From assembly GCA_050298595.1 (NCBI GenBank), contig JBNKUM010000115.1, positions 97,178-161,177 on the forward strand: 64,000 nucleotides of DNA, in the 5' to 3' direction. Numbering within the stretch: the stretch's first letter is position 1; the number at the start of each line of letters is the position of its first letter. Positions 12,094-22,208 of this stretch are shown piece after piece. The stretch comes from Gammaproteobacteria bacterium (lineage in GTDB: Bacteria; Pseudomonadota; Gammaproteobacteria; GCA-001735895). The translations under genes were made by a program, and so were the position numbers. A model generated the notes under the pieces. The model was given only the letters and a program-made list of their open reading frames with translations, did not search any database and was not told the origin of the DNA.

Positions 12094-12549
12094 TTATTCC
12101 TGAGCCTTGCTGAACAGAAACTGACTGATGACCTGCTCAAGTATCACTGCTGACTGGGTATGACGTATTTCGGACTGATTCTCCAGCAATTTCTCATCGC
12201 CGCCCGGCTCCAGCCCTATATATTGTTCACCCAGCAATCCAGCCGTGTAGATACTGGCAATCGTATCATTAGGGAAAGCATTATATTTCTCATCGATCTG
12301 CATCGTTACTACAGCCTCGAAATACTTGCTGTCGTAATCAATTTTTGATACCTGACCTACCTTTACACCGGAGACCTTGACCGCTGAACGTACCTTTAGA
12401 CCACCGATATTTTCAAATTTTGCGCTCACCTGATAGAAGCCACTATTACTGATACTGCTCAGATTACTCGCCTGCATTGCCAGCATAAACAGAGCCGCAA
12501 GGCCTATGCCGACAAACATACCAACCGTTACTTCAATGCTTCGAAACAT
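12094..12549 (-). CDS. mlaD: MCE-domain protein MlaD (short form)
   Basis: N-terminal TM, FENIGGLKVRSAVKVSGVKVG, TAGLLGEQYI, TQSAVILE. Confidence 0.96.
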   Translation of the reverse strand: MFRSIEVTVGMFVGIGLAALFMLAMQASNLSSISNSGFYQVSAKFENIGGLKVRSAVKVSGVKVGQVSKIDYDSKYFEAVVTMQIDEKYNAFPNDTIASIYTAGLLGEQYIGLEPGGDEKLLENQSEIRHTQSAVILEQVISQFLFSKAQE

Positions 12550-12558
12550 GTCTAACCC

Positions 12559-13311
12559 TCATTGGAACATTATGGCAGTCAGGATAAAGTCCATACCCAG
12601 AACAGCCAGTGATGAATTTACTACCGTGCGTGTGGTTGCGCGCGCTACGCCTTCAGATGTAGGAATACAGTCGTAACCCTCAAACACAGCTATCCAGCTC
12701 ACAATAAAACCGAATACCATGCTTTTGATAACGCCATTCATAACATCATCATAAAAATCTACCTTGGCCTGAATCTGCGACCAGAAAGCACCCGAATCGA
12801 CGCCCAGCAAATCAACTCCGACCAGATAGCCGCCTAAAATACCGACCGCACTAAAGATAGCGGCCAACAATGGCATAGAGATAAATCCCGCCAGGAAACG
12901 CGGCGCAATAATACGCTCAACTGGATCAACCGCCATCATTTCAAGGCCAGAAAGCTGCTCGGTTGCTTTCATCAAACCAATCTCAGCGGTTAATGCTGAG
13001 CCCGCACGGCCAGCAAATAACAAAGCGGCTACCACCGGACCCAGTTCGCGCACCAGCGATAAATCGACCACCATACCGAGCGTATCCTCAGCACCAAAGG
13101 TATTCAGTGTGTAGTACAGCTGTAACGCCAGCACCATACCCACAAATAAACCCGCAACCAGCGTAATCAGCAGCGTATGTACACCCACCGAAAACAGTTG
13201 ATGAATGACCAGCCCAAATCGCGGGAATAGCTGGGGTAGCGCAAGCAGAATTTTACTTAAAAATATCGAACCCCGGCCTAGACGGGAAATAAAATTGACC
13301 AGTGGTTTCAT
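12559..13311 (-). CDS. mlaE: MlaE permease
   Basis: [32 protein letters not shown]. Confidence 0.97.
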   Translation of the reverse strand: MKPLVNFISRLGRGSIFLSKILLALPQLFPRFGLVIHQLFSVGVHTLLITLVAGLFVGMVLALQLYYTLNTFGAEDTLGMVVDLSLVRELGPVVAALLFAGRAGSALTAEIGLMKATEQLSGLEMMAVDPVERIIAPRFLAGFISMPLLAAIFSAVGILGGYLVGVDLLGVDSGAFWSQIQAKVDFYDDVMNGVIKSMVFGFIVSWIAVFEGYDCIPTSEGVARATTRTVVNSSLAVLGMDFILTAIMFQ

Positions 13312-13313
13312 TT

Positions 13314-14111
13314 TTACAGCTTCATCAATTGTTGTGTGATGGGGTCACCGGGATAATGGAAAGGCACAGGACCATCCGCCTGACCTTCGATAAACTGGCG
13401 CACCCATTCTGAATCAGATTTGCGGATTTCATCGACACTGCCTTCAGCCACCAGTCGGCCCTCGGAAATTATTTTTACATCATCAGCTATCGACAGGGTT
13501 TCTTCCACATCATGTGAAACCAGTATACTGCTCAGCTTTAATGCATCATTGGTATCACGAATCAATTTCACTAGCACCCCCAGAGAGATGGGATCCTGCC
13601 CGGTAAAAGGCTCATCGTACATAATCATCATCGGATCCAGCGCCAAAGCACGCGCCAGTGCAACACGTCGCGCCATACCACCGGATAATTCGGCCGGCAT
13701 CAATTCACTGGCAGCACTTAAGCCCACAGCCTGCAGCTTGATCAATACCAGATTACGGATCATCGACTCATTCAGGCGCGTATGCTCTCGCATCGGAAAA
13801 GCAATATTATCGAATACATTGATATCCGTCAGTAGCGCACCTGACTGGAATAGCATGCCCATTTTTTTGCGCATTTTGTACAGATCAGAACGATTGAGTT
13901 TATGTACATTCTGCCCCTGCACCAGAACTTCACCCTGATCCGGCTGTAACTGACCACCGATCAGTTTGAGCAGGGTGGTTTTTCCTGTACCACTAGGCCC
14001 CATCACCGCAGTGATACGGCCTTCATGAATATCCATATCCACCCCAGCGAAAATAATCTTTTCACCGCGTTTGAAATGCAGGTTTCGAATTTGAACTAAG
14101 GTATCAGTCAT
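13314..14111 (-). CDS. mlaF: MlaF ABC ATPase
   Basis: [24 protein letters not shown]-terminal DGPVPFHYP. Confidence 0.97.
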   Translation of the reverse strand: MTDTLVQIRNLHFKRGEKIIFAGVDMDIHEGRITAVMGPSGTGKTTLLKLIGGQLQPDQGEVLVQGQNVHKLNRSDLYKMRKKMGMLFQSGALLTDINVFDNIAFPMREHTRLNESMIRNLVLIKLQAVGLSAASELMPAELSGGMARRVALARALALDPMMIMYDEPFTGQDPISLGVLVKLIRDTNDALKLSSILVSHDVEETLSIADDVKIISEGRLVAEGSVDEIRKSDSEWVRQFIEGQADGPVPFHYPGDPITQQLMKL

Positions 14112-14197
14112 AAAATTATTTGCTCAGCGAGGCGCGAGTCTATCAACATCATTGCGCGAAGACTACGCCTGTCATAACAATTCTCTTCTTCTCAGGT

Positions 14198-14797
14198 TTA
14201 ATAACCCATCAACTCGGTCAACGTGCGAATTTCAGTTAACTGTTGATAGCTGGTATCAGCACCCTGTAACCATAATGTTTTATGCTCAACAAGTGGGGCT
14301 AACTCGCTACCGCTCAGCCATTGCTCGATCCATTCACGATACTGACGAATATTTTCAGCCATGGGTAAAATTGCAAAGCGTGCATTTCGTGTAGACGAAT
14401 GGCTCGGAGTCCACACATCATCAAACTTACATATTTCTAATTCAGCAGATAATACTGTTTGCAAATTTTCTTTGTGTAACAAATTGTTACCAGCAGACTG
14501 ATCAACAATGAGTGCAGAAATTCGGCAGTCATCGTTTTGCATAAGTGACTGTATGATGGGAATTTGAGTGGAATGTTCGATATATAAACCAAGTTCAAAC
14601 TCCTCAGGTAAATCAGTAATCCACTCAGACAATAGAGCAGTCTGTGAGCCAAGCTCTGGCAGGCTCAGGCAGACAGTGTTAAATTCATTACTGTAGAAAG
14701 CCAGCTTCCAGTCCTCAGGAATATCATCCGGATAGAACCCTTGCTGCTTTGGGAAGTTTATCCAGTCGAACACTCCGACCGATATTGAATAAGTCAT
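14198..14797 (-). CDS. Hypothetical protein with DUF72-like N-terminus
   Basis: 199-aa ORF; FYPDDIPEDWKLAFYSNEFNTV resembles the DUF72/YecE N-terminal motif; the rest is not recognisable. Confidence 0.6.
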   Translation of the reverse strand: MTYSISVGVFDWINFPKQQGFYPDDIPEDWKLAFYSNEFNTVCLSLPELGSQTALLSEWITDLPEEFELGLYIEHSTQIPIIQSLMQNDDCRISALIVDQSAGNNLLHKENLQTVLSAELEICKFDDVWTPSHSSTRNARFAILPMAENIRQYREWIEQWLSGSELAPLVEHKTLWLQGADTSYQQLTEIRTLTELMGY

Positions 14798-14883
14798 AAC
14801 TCAGTTATTCTCACAAGATTTTACTGGAAAAAAAGACATAGAATCGTTAGTGTTCGCACCCTGAATCACAACGACCTAATATT

Positions 14884-15411
14884 ATGGCAGAACAACTTAC
14901 AGATCGACACAGCTTTAGCTATCAGGAACTTATCGACTGCGGCAATGGCAAGGTCTTTGGCGAAGGTAACGCCCTGCTCCCCTTACCCCCCATGTTGATG
15001 TTTGATCGTATCACCAGCATCACCGAAGGCGGTGGTAAATACGATAAAGGCTATATAGAAGCCGAACTCGATATCAATCCGGATCTGTGGTTCTTTCAGT
15101 GCCACTTCAGCACAGACCCGGTCATGCCTGGCTGCCTGGGCCTGGATGCCATGTGGCAGCTGGTGGGCTTTTACCTCGGCTGGAAAGGTGGTCCAGGTCA
15201 TGGTCGGGCGCTGGGATCCGGCGAAGTCAAATTCTTTGGCCAGGTATTGCCTGATGCAAAAAAGGTAACCTACAAGATTCACATCAAACGCCTGATTATG
15301 CGTAAACTGGTCATGGGTATTGCTGACGCAAGCATGGAAGTCGATGGGCGTGAAATCTATACTGCAAGCGACCTTCGAGTAGGACTTTTTACCTCTACCG
15401 ACAACTTCTAA
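14884..15411 (+). CDS. fabA: 3-hydroxyacyl-ACP dehydratase/isomerase FabA
   Basis: [37 protein letters not shown]. Confidence 0.97.
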   Translation: MAEQLTDRHSFSYQELIDCGNGKVFGEGNALLPLPPMLMFDRITSITEGGGKYDKGYIEAELDINPDLWFFQCHFSTDPVMPGCLGLDAMWQLVGFYLGWKGGPGHGRALGSGEVKFFGQVLPDAKKVTYKIHIKRLIMRKLVMGIADASMEVDGREIYTASDLRVGLFTSTDNF

Positions 15412-15414
15412 AGT

Positions 15415-16389
15415 ATGTTGTTATCTGCGCTGGCCATCCTGGTTGGACTGGGTTTACTAGTATGGAGCGCCGATCTATTTGTAGAAGGCGCATCAGCTAC
15501 TGCTCAAAACCTCGGGGTTTCCACGCTCATCATCGGTATCACGGTTATTGGTTTTGGAACCTCTGCGCCCGAGATTTTGATCTCGATCTTTTCGGTATTC
15601 GATGATACCCCCGATCTGGCGATTGGTAACGCTCTGGGCTCTAATATCGCCAATATTGGGCTGATACTCGGCATTACCGCGCTGATCATGCCACTGGGTA
15701 TCGCATCCAAGATCCTCAAACGTGAATTCCCTATTCTCATCATCGCATCAATCATCCTGAGCTGGACGCTATGGGATTTGCAGCTTGATTTAGTCGATGG
15801 AATCGTTTTGCTTAGCAGTCTGTTCATCGCACTCATCTATCTGATGCGTTACAGTCAGAGTGCGAAAGACGATGTGCTTTCCACTGAATTGGACCAGGAA
15901 ATCCCGCACGACATCCCGACCGGCAGAGCACTACTGCTAACACTGGTGGGCTTGTTGATTCTAGTTGGCAGCTCCAAATTACTGGTATGGGGCGCTGTTA
16001 ATATTGCGACTGAGCTAGGTGTCAGCGAGCTGGTCATCGGCCTGACCATTGTGGCTCTGGGCACCTCGCTACCCGAACTGGCTGCATCGATTGCCGGCGT
16101 GAAGAAGAATGAATCAGATCTGGTCATAGGCAATGTGGTGGGCTCAAATCTATTCAATTCTCTGGCTGTCATAGGTGTCCCTGCCCTAATGACTGATTTC
16201 AATGTTTCACCGATTGCTATTAGTCGAGATTTAAGCGTAACGCTGGGCTTCACTGCAATTTTATTCCTGCTGGCCTACCTGCCCAAATCAAGTTGTTGCA
16301 AACTGACGCGCTTTAAAGGCGGCCTATTACTTTTGGGTTTTGTGCTTTATCAGAGCCTTTTGTATTATCAGATAGTCAATCAGAGCTAA
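15415..16389 (+). CDS. yrbG: Calcium/sodium antiporter (YrbG family)
   Basis: Two alpha-repeats GTSAPE / GTSLPE, GNALGSNIAN; precedes kdsD. Confidence 0.93.
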   Translation: MLLSALAILVGLGLLVWSADLFVEGASATAQNLGVSTLIIGITVIGFGTSAPEILISIFSVFDDTPDLAIGNALGSNIANIGLILGITALIMPLGIASKILKREFPILIIASIILSWTLWDLQLDLVDGIVLLSSLFIALIYLMRYSQSAKDDVLSTELDQEIPHDIPTGRALLLTLVGLLILVGSSKLLVWGAVNIATELGVSELVIGLTIVALGTSLPELAASIAGVKKNESDLVIGNVVGSNLFNSLAVIGVPALMTDFNVSPIAISRDLSVTLGFTAILFLLAYLPKSSCCKLTRFKGGLLLLGFVLYQSLLYYQIVNQS

Positions 16390-16395
16390 AACCAC

Positions 16396-17367
16396 ATGGC
16401 AGAACACTCATATCAAAACCTGGGCAAGGCCGTACTCATCAATGAAGCTGAGGCGATACAGGCCATGGTCAAAAGAATCGACGAACGCTTTGAGAAAGCC
16501 TGCGAGCTAATCCTGGCCTGCAAGGGGCGCATTGTGGTCACTGGCATGGGTAAATCTGGGCATATCGGCAATAAAATCGCAGCTACTCTGGCGAGTACCG
16601 GTACCCCTGCCTTTTTTATGCACCCCGGAGAAGCCAGCCATGGCGATCTGGGTATGATTACCGCCCAGGACCTGCTGATTGCCTTATCCAACTCGGGGGA
16701 AACGGCTGAAATCACTACTCTACTGCCACTGATAAAGCGCCTCAAATTGCCTTTAATCTCTCTAACAGGCAATCCAAACTCAACCCTGGCAGAGTTCGCC
16801 GATATCAATCTGGATGTAGCCGTAGAGAAGGAAGCCTGTCCATTGGGGCTGGCACCTACATCCAGTACTACCGCCACTCTGGCAATGGGTGATGCGCTGG
16901 CAGTTGCGATATTGCAGGCGCGTGGATTTACCGAAGAAGACTTTGCGCGCTCTCACCCCGGCGGTAGTCTGGGGCGTCGTTTGCTGTTGCGCGTTAGCGA
17001 TATCATGCATACTGGCAATGCCATCCCTGTGGTAGATCAAAGCGCCACCCTCAAACAGGCATTACTGGAAATCAGTAACAAGGGTCTGGGTATGACTGCC
17101 ATTGCAGATAGCCATCAAAAACTACTGGGCATCTTCACCGATGGAGACCTGCGCCGCACTCTGGATACCCAGGCAAATATTCAGACGGCATTGATCACCG
17201 AGCACATGACGGCGAACTGCGTTACCATTCAGCCAGAACAGATCGCCAGCGATGCATTAACCCTTATGGATGATAAGAAGATAAATGCACTTATCGTGAC
17301 CGATAAAAATGGGCTGATTCAGGGTGCATTAAACATGCATGACTTATTAAGAGCTGGCATCGTATAA
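16396..17367 (+). CDS. kdsD: Arabinose-5-phosphate isomerase KdsD
   Basis: GMGKSGHIG SIS domain, EASHGDLG, C-terminal CBS pair. Confidence 0.96.
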   Translation: MAEHSYQNLGKAVLINEAEAIQAMVKRIDERFEKACELILACKGRIVVTGMGKSGHIGNKIAATLASTGTPAFFMHPGEASHGDLGMITAQDLLIALSNSGETAEITTLLPLIKRLKLPLISLTGNPNSTLAEFADINLDVAVEKEACPLGLAPTSSTTATLAMGDALAVAILQARGFTEEDFARSHPGGSLGRRLLLRVSDIMHTGNAIPVVDQSATLKQALLEISNKGLGMTAIADSHQKLLGIFTDGDLRRTLDTQANIQTALITEHMTANCVTIQPEQIASDALTLMDDKKINALIVTDKNGLIQGALNMHDLLRAGIV

Positions 17368-17388
17368 AATCACATCAACAGGACAGCC

Positions 17389-17913
17389 ATGGATACCATT
17401 ACTCGACTCGCACAGAACATTAAACTGGTCATTTTCGATATCGATGGTGTACTCACCAATGGCACCCTGTTTTTCGATAATAAAGGCGAAGAATACAAAG
17501 CTTTTAACTCTAAAGATGGTCACGGTATCAGAATGTTGCTGGAGTGCGGGTTACAGGCTGCAGTCATTACCGGACGAAAATCCGAACTGGTATTACACCG
17601 CATGAATGATCTGGGGGTAGAGCTCATATTCCAGGGCTACCGGGATAAACGTCCAGCTTTCAATGAGTTATTAAAGGTCACTGGCCTTGAAGCCTCACAA
17701 ATTGCCTATATCGGCGATGATGTTGTTGACCTGCCCATCATGCAACAGGTGGGTATGGGTATTGCCGTACAGGACGCTCACCCATTTGTCATTCAACATG
17801 CCGACTATGTGACCAAACTAGGAGGTGGCCTGGGTGCAGCGAGGGAAGCCATAGAGTTTATTCTGCAGTCACAGCAACTGTTACATGACAAGCTGGAAAG
17901 CTATCTGAAATGA
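17389..17913 (+). CDS. kdsC: KDO-8-phosphate phosphatase
   Basis: FDIDGVLT HAD motif, FNSKDGHGI, IGDDVVD. Confidence 0.96.
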   Translation: MDTITRLAQNIKLVIFDIDGVLTNGTLFFDNKGEEYKAFNSKDGHGIRMLLECGLQAAVITGRKSELVLHRMNDLGVELIFQGYRDKRPAFNELLKVTGLEASQIAYIGDDVVDLPIMQQVGMGIAVQDAHPFVIQHADYVTKLGGGLGAAREAIEFILQSQQLLHDKLESYLK

Positions 17914-18479
17914 AACTGCGCTTTCTGCTCATGTTTATAGTTACTCTTATTGGCGCGATTATTGCCGGCTGGTTTTTTGATCGACAACATCTGTCCATAG
18001 TGCAAAATCCGTTACAAATCCCGGACAACATTGATTACTATCTATCAGGCGTTAAATTAAAAACCTTCAATCAACAGGGTACGCCAGGCTACCAGTTAAA
18101 TAGCCCTTATCTGGAACACTTTGTGCGCGAAGATATCAGCATCATACAGCAACCAGACATACGCTATTTCTCCGACAGTGCCGACTGGTTGATGGCTGCA
18201 GAACAGGGCAAGCTGATTCATCGGGAGGATATTATTGAGCTACAGCAAAAGGCATCAATCAAGCGCAATCAGATTAACAGCTCCATGCATCTAACCAGTG
18301 AGCAAATGATATTCAATCCTGACCAGGAAACCGTAGAATTACCAGTAGCCCTGAGAATGCAAAAGGATCAACTCGATTTAAAAGCACAATCTGCACTGCT
18401 GGATATGAAGCACGAGCATCATGTTTTTCAACGGGTTAATGCCATTTACCAGACAACCAAAGCTCATGAACCCAGTTAA
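17910..18479 (+). CDS. lptC: LPS export protein LptC
   Basis: Single N-terminal TM, beta-rich periplasmic part; kdsC-lptC-lptA synteny. Confidence 0.88.
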   Translation: MKLRFLLMFIVTLIGAIIAGWFFDRQHLSIVQNPLQIPDNIDYYLSGVKLKTFNQQGTPGYQLNSPYLEHFVREDISIIQQPDIRYFSDSADWLMAAEQGKLIHREDIIELQQKASIKRNQINSSMHLTSEQMIFNPDQETVELPVALRMQKDQLDLKAQSALLDMKHEHHVFQRVNAIYQTTKAHEPS

Positions 18480-18957
18480 ACTATTCGTCGTTTTATTCTG
18501 TCTGATACCTTTATCCGCCATTGCTTTAACCAGCGATAAAAACCAGCCTATCCAAATAGAGGCAGATCGTCTGGAAATCGACGAAACTAAACATATCAGC
18601 CATTATCAGGGAAACGTTGAAATGACGCAGGGCAGCCTTAACTTTATTGCTGATAGCATCATATTCCACTTCGATGAAAACAACGATTTACAATGGCTAC
18701 AGATTGAAGGCCAGCCTGCGCATTTTAAGCAACTTAATGATGATCAAACCTCTATTAGCGGCTCAGCGCTACGAATGAATTACTACCAGACCAAATCCGA
18801 GCTGGAATTACTCGGTCAGGCCCAATTCCAGTCCGTACAGGACACCATAGAAAGCGAATCCATTATTATCAACACCGATACCGATACACTACAGGCGGGT
18901 GGTGAGCAAGGTAAAGGACGGGTCCGTATGCTGATTCAGCCCAAGAACAATGAATGA
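18466..18957 (+). CDS. lptA: LPS export periplasmic protein LptA
   Basis: ATG 18466; signal peptide, [34 protein letters not shown]. Confidence 0.93.
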   Translation: MNPVKLFVVLFCLIPLSAIALTSDKNQPIQIEADRLEIDETKHISHYQGNVEMTQGSLNFIADSIIFHFDENNDLQWLQIEGQPAHFKQLNDDQTSISGSALRMNYYQTKSELELLGQAQFQSVQDTIESESIIINTDTDTLQAGGEQGKGRVRMLIQPKNNE

Positions 18958-19675
18958 ACTGGCCGCCAGCGAACTGGCAAAGAGTTATGGCGGTAAAACA
19001 GTCGTCAAATCGGTCAGCCTGAGCGTTAAAAGCGGGCAGATCGTCGGTCTGCTTGGACCAAATGGTGCGGGAAAAACCACCTGTTTTTACATGATTGTAG
19101 GCCTGATCCACAGCGATAAGGGTGAAATCACCCTCAACCAGCAGCCGATTACTGGCCTTGCCATGCACCAACGCGCACTAAACGGCATTGGCTATTTGCC
19201 GCAGGAAGCTTCGGTATTTCGCGGGTTAACCGTTGAAGACAATATTCGGGCTATTTTACAATTGCGGAAAAAACTCAGTTCAGAAGAGAGAAATCGCAAA
19301 CTGGAACAGTTACTGGAAGATTTTCAGATACAGCATATTCGAGAAAGTTTGGGAATTTCACTGTCTGGAGGTGAACGCCGACGCGTAGAAATCGCACGTG
19401 CTCTGGCTAACGACCCGCAGTTTATATTGCTGGATGAACCATTTGCCGGGGTAGACCCTATCTCTGTGGTTGATATTCAGAATATGATCCGTCAACTGGC
19501 TGATCGTGGCATAGGCATTTTGATCACTGATCATAATGTCAGAGAAACACTGGGAATCTGTGAACACGCTTATGTAATGGGTGAAGGGACTATCCTGGCA
19601 GAAGGAGACGCCGATCAAATTCTATCTAACAAAATCGTTAGAAAGATTTACTTGGGTCAGGATTTTAAGCTATAA
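18950..19675 (+). CDS. lptB: LPS export ABC ATPase LptB
   Basis: [44 protein letters not shown]. Confidence 0.97.
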   Translation: MNELAASELAKSYGGKTVVKSVSLSVKSGQIVGLLGPNGAGKTTCFYMIVGLIHSDKGEITLNQQPITGLAMHQRALNGIGYLPQEASVFRGLTVEDNIRAILQLRKKLSSEERNRKLEQLLEDFQIQHIRESLGISLSGGERRRVEIARALANDPQFILLDEPFAGVDPISVVDIQNMIRQLADRGIGILITDHNVRETLGICEHAYVMGEGTILAEGDADQILSNKIVRKIYLGQDFKL

Positions 19676-19726
19676 AGTGCTTATGAGAACAACAAAACGA
19701 ATGACTCTCACCGCAGTGATAAAAGA

Positions 19727-21214
19727 GTGTCAATGAAACAAAGCCTGCAACTAAAAATTGGTCAAAGCCTGACCATGACACCCCAACTGCAGCAAGCTAT
19801 CAAGCTGCTACAGTTATCCTCACTTGAACTTCAAACTGAGATCCAGCAAACCCTGGACAGTAACCCCCTGCTCGATCAGGAAGATAACCTCTCCGAGGTT
19901 CTGATTAAGGAAAAATCTAATGATAAGGAAGATAATACTGAAATAAAAACCTCCGCCGAACAGATCGATCAGGAACGTTCAGAGCAGTCCCTGCCCGAAG
20001 ATCTTGGGCTGGATACCGGATGGGAAGACATCTACGACATCCCCCCCAGTGCATCGCTTAGCCCATCAGTTTCCGGTAATAACGAAGACTTCAATGACCT
20101 GTTTGAAAATCAGTCAAAACCCGCTGATGCCCTCTACGAACACCTGATCTGGCAACTCGACGCAGCATCCCTGACCGAAACCGACAAGGATATCGGTCTG
20201 GCTATCATCGATGGCGTGGATGATAGAGGGTATTTAACCGAATCGCTGGAAGACATCCATCAAGGACTACTTAGCGATCATCCAGAAATAGAAATGGATG
20301 AAATCGAAGCCATGCTGACTTTTATCCAGCATTTTGATCCTGTTGGTGTTGCAGCAAGAACCCCTGCTGAATGCATGCTGATACAACTACGTCAATATGA
20401 CCCCGCTACCCCACATTTAAATAAGGCTCTGGCACTGGTAGAACGTTATCTGGACTATCTGGCCAGTAATGATTACGCGATTTTAAAACGCCGTCTGCAG
20501 GCTAATGATGCAGAGCTGGCCAATATTGTGCGCCTGATTCAAACCACCAACCCTCATCCTGGACACCTGATAAGCACAACGCACGCCGAATATATCACCC
20601 CGGATGTATATGTCGCCAAACTCAATGGCCGATGGGCGGTAAAAATCAATCCTGATAACGCACCTCGCCTGAAGATCAATACTACTTACGCCAACCTGGT
20701 TAAACGTGGTGACAACAGTGAACAGAATAATTACCTGCGCGATCATCTGCAGGAGGCTCGCTGGTTCATAAAAAGTCTGCAAAGCCGAAATGACACACTG
20801 CTTAAGGTGGCGAATTCTATCGTAGAACGCCAGCAGGGCTTTCTTGAATATGGCGATGAGGCGATGAAACCCATGGTATTACGTGATATTGCCGAAGAAC
20901 TGGAAATGCATGAGTCCACCATTTCAAGGGTAACCACACAGAAATATATGCATACACCACGCGGGATCTTTGAATTTAAATACTTCTTCTCCAGCCATGT
21001 CGGCACTGCCGATGGCGGAGAGTGCTCGGCGACAGCGATTCGAGCCATCATCAAAAAACTGATAGCGGCTGAAAACGCGAATAAACCATTAAGCGATAAC
21101 AAGATTGCAGCCATTCTGGATGAACAGGGAATCAACGTAGCACGGCGTACCATTGCCAAATACCGTGAAGCGATGAATATTCCGCCATCCAATGAAAGAA
21201 AACGTCTCTTTTAG
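19727..21214 (+). CDS. rpoN: RNA polymerase sigma-54 factor
   Basis: MTPQLQQAIKLLQL, HESTISRVT, RpoN box ARRTIAKYRE. Confidence 0.98.
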   Translation: MSMKQSLQLKIGQSLTMTPQLQQAIKLLQLSSLELQTEIQQTLDSNPLLDQEDNLSEVLIKEKSNDKEDNTEIKTSAEQIDQERSEQSLPEDLGLDTGWEDIYDIPPSASLSPSVSGNNEDFNDLFENQSKPADALYEHLIWQLDAASLTETDKDIGLAIIDGVDDRGYLTESLEDIHQGLLSDHPEIEMDEIEAMLTFIQHFDPVGVAARTPAECMLIQLRQYDPATPHLNKALALVERYLDYLASNDYAILKRRLQANDAELANIVRLIQTTNPHPGHLISTTHAEYITPDVYVAKLNGRWAVKINPDNAPRLKINTTYANLVKRGDNSEQNNYLRDHLQEARWFIKSLQSRNDTLLKVANSIVERQQGFLEYGDEAMKPMVLRDIAEELEMHESTISRVTTQKYMHTPRGIFEFKYFFSSHVGTADGGECSATAIRAIIKKLIAAENANKPLSDNKIAAILDEQGINVARRTIAKYREAMNIPPSNERKRLF

Positions 21215-21300
21215 AGACACCCGGTAGTGACATGTAGTTACTACCTTAACCACTCATAGAGAACAACTATGAGAACTGTGAAACCTTCAGGAGGTATCTA

Positions 21301-21618
21301 ATGCAAGTTAGTCTAAGCGGTCACCATATAGAGATCACAGATTCACTGCGCAATTATGTTAATGAGAAAATCGAACGTCTTGATCGTCATTTTGATCAGG
21401 CACTCGATATCCATGTCATTTTAACGGTAGAAAAACTCAGACATAAAGCTGAAGCAACCATGCACATAAGCGGTGGAAATTTATATGCCGATGACATACA
21501 GGAGGACATGTATGCAGCTATAGATGGCCTGGTCGATAAACTTGATCGCCAGGGTAAGAAACACAAGGAAAAATCTAAGGATCACAGAATCAAAAACGAC
21601 ATGATAGACGTCGCTTAA
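21301..21618 (+). CDS. hpf: Ribosome hibernation promoting factor
   Basis: GHHIEITDSLRNYV, DMYAAIDGLVDKLDRQ; follows rpoN. Confidence 0.95.
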   Translation: MQVSLSGHHIEITDSLRNYVNEKIERLDRHFDQALDIHVILTVEKLRHKAEATMHISGGNLYADDIQEDMYAAIDGLVDKLDRQGKKHKEKSKDHRIKNDMIDVA

Positions 21619-21625
21619 CCCCCTC

Positions 21626-21660
21626 GGCGGGGAGGAGAGATTCTCCCCGCCTTGATTATC
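21626..21660 (+). terminator. GC-rich hairpin after hpf (weak terminator or mRNA stabiliser)
   Basis: GGCGGGGAG (21626-21634) / CTCCCCGCC (21643-21651); interrupted U-tract. Confidence 0.5.
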
Positions 21661-21721
21661 TCTTGCAAGCTTCATTTTTTTCGCTAACATGCGCGCTTAA
21701 ACCATACCGGATTACAGGGTA

Positions 21722-22204
21722 ATGTCCATTTCATCGTTACTGGCAACAGATCGTATTTTTACTGATGCTGAAATATCGAGTAAAAAACGATTACTGGAAT
21801 ACATCGCTGAAAAAGCGGCTGAAGAACTCGAGCTTTCTCAAAATATCATTTTCAATGAGTTACTTGAACGTGAAAGGCTGGGTAGTACCGGTTTGGGCAA
21901 GGGTTTTGCAGTACCACATGCCCGACTTGAAAATCTGACTCAAACGCTGACTTATTTTTTAAAATTAGACGAAGCAGTTAAATATGATGCTGCTGATCAG
22001 TTGCCCGTTGATTTGATCTTCGTTATCTTTATCCCCCAGGCCTCCACCGAAGAGCATCTTAAAATTCTTGCCTCTCTGGCTAAATTATTCAGCCACGAAA
22101 AAGTATGTAGAAAAGTGCGTAAAGCCAAATCAGCCGAGCAGATTCTACGTATCATTGAAGAGGCAGAATCCAGTATGATTCCGGATTCTGACGGTACGGA
22201 CTAA
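21722..22204 (+). CDS. ptsN: PTS EIIA-Ntr
   Basis: RERLGSTGLGKGFAVPHAR; rpoN operon. Confidence 0.93.
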   Translation: MSISSLLATDRIFTDAEISSKKRLLEYIAEKAAEELELSQNIIFNELLERERLGSTGLGKGFAVPHARLENLTQTLTYFLKLDEAVKYDAADQLPVDLIFVIFIPQASTEEHLKILASLAKLFSHEKVCRKVRKAKSAEQILRIIEEAESSMIPDSDGTD

Positions 22205-22208
22205 GATC

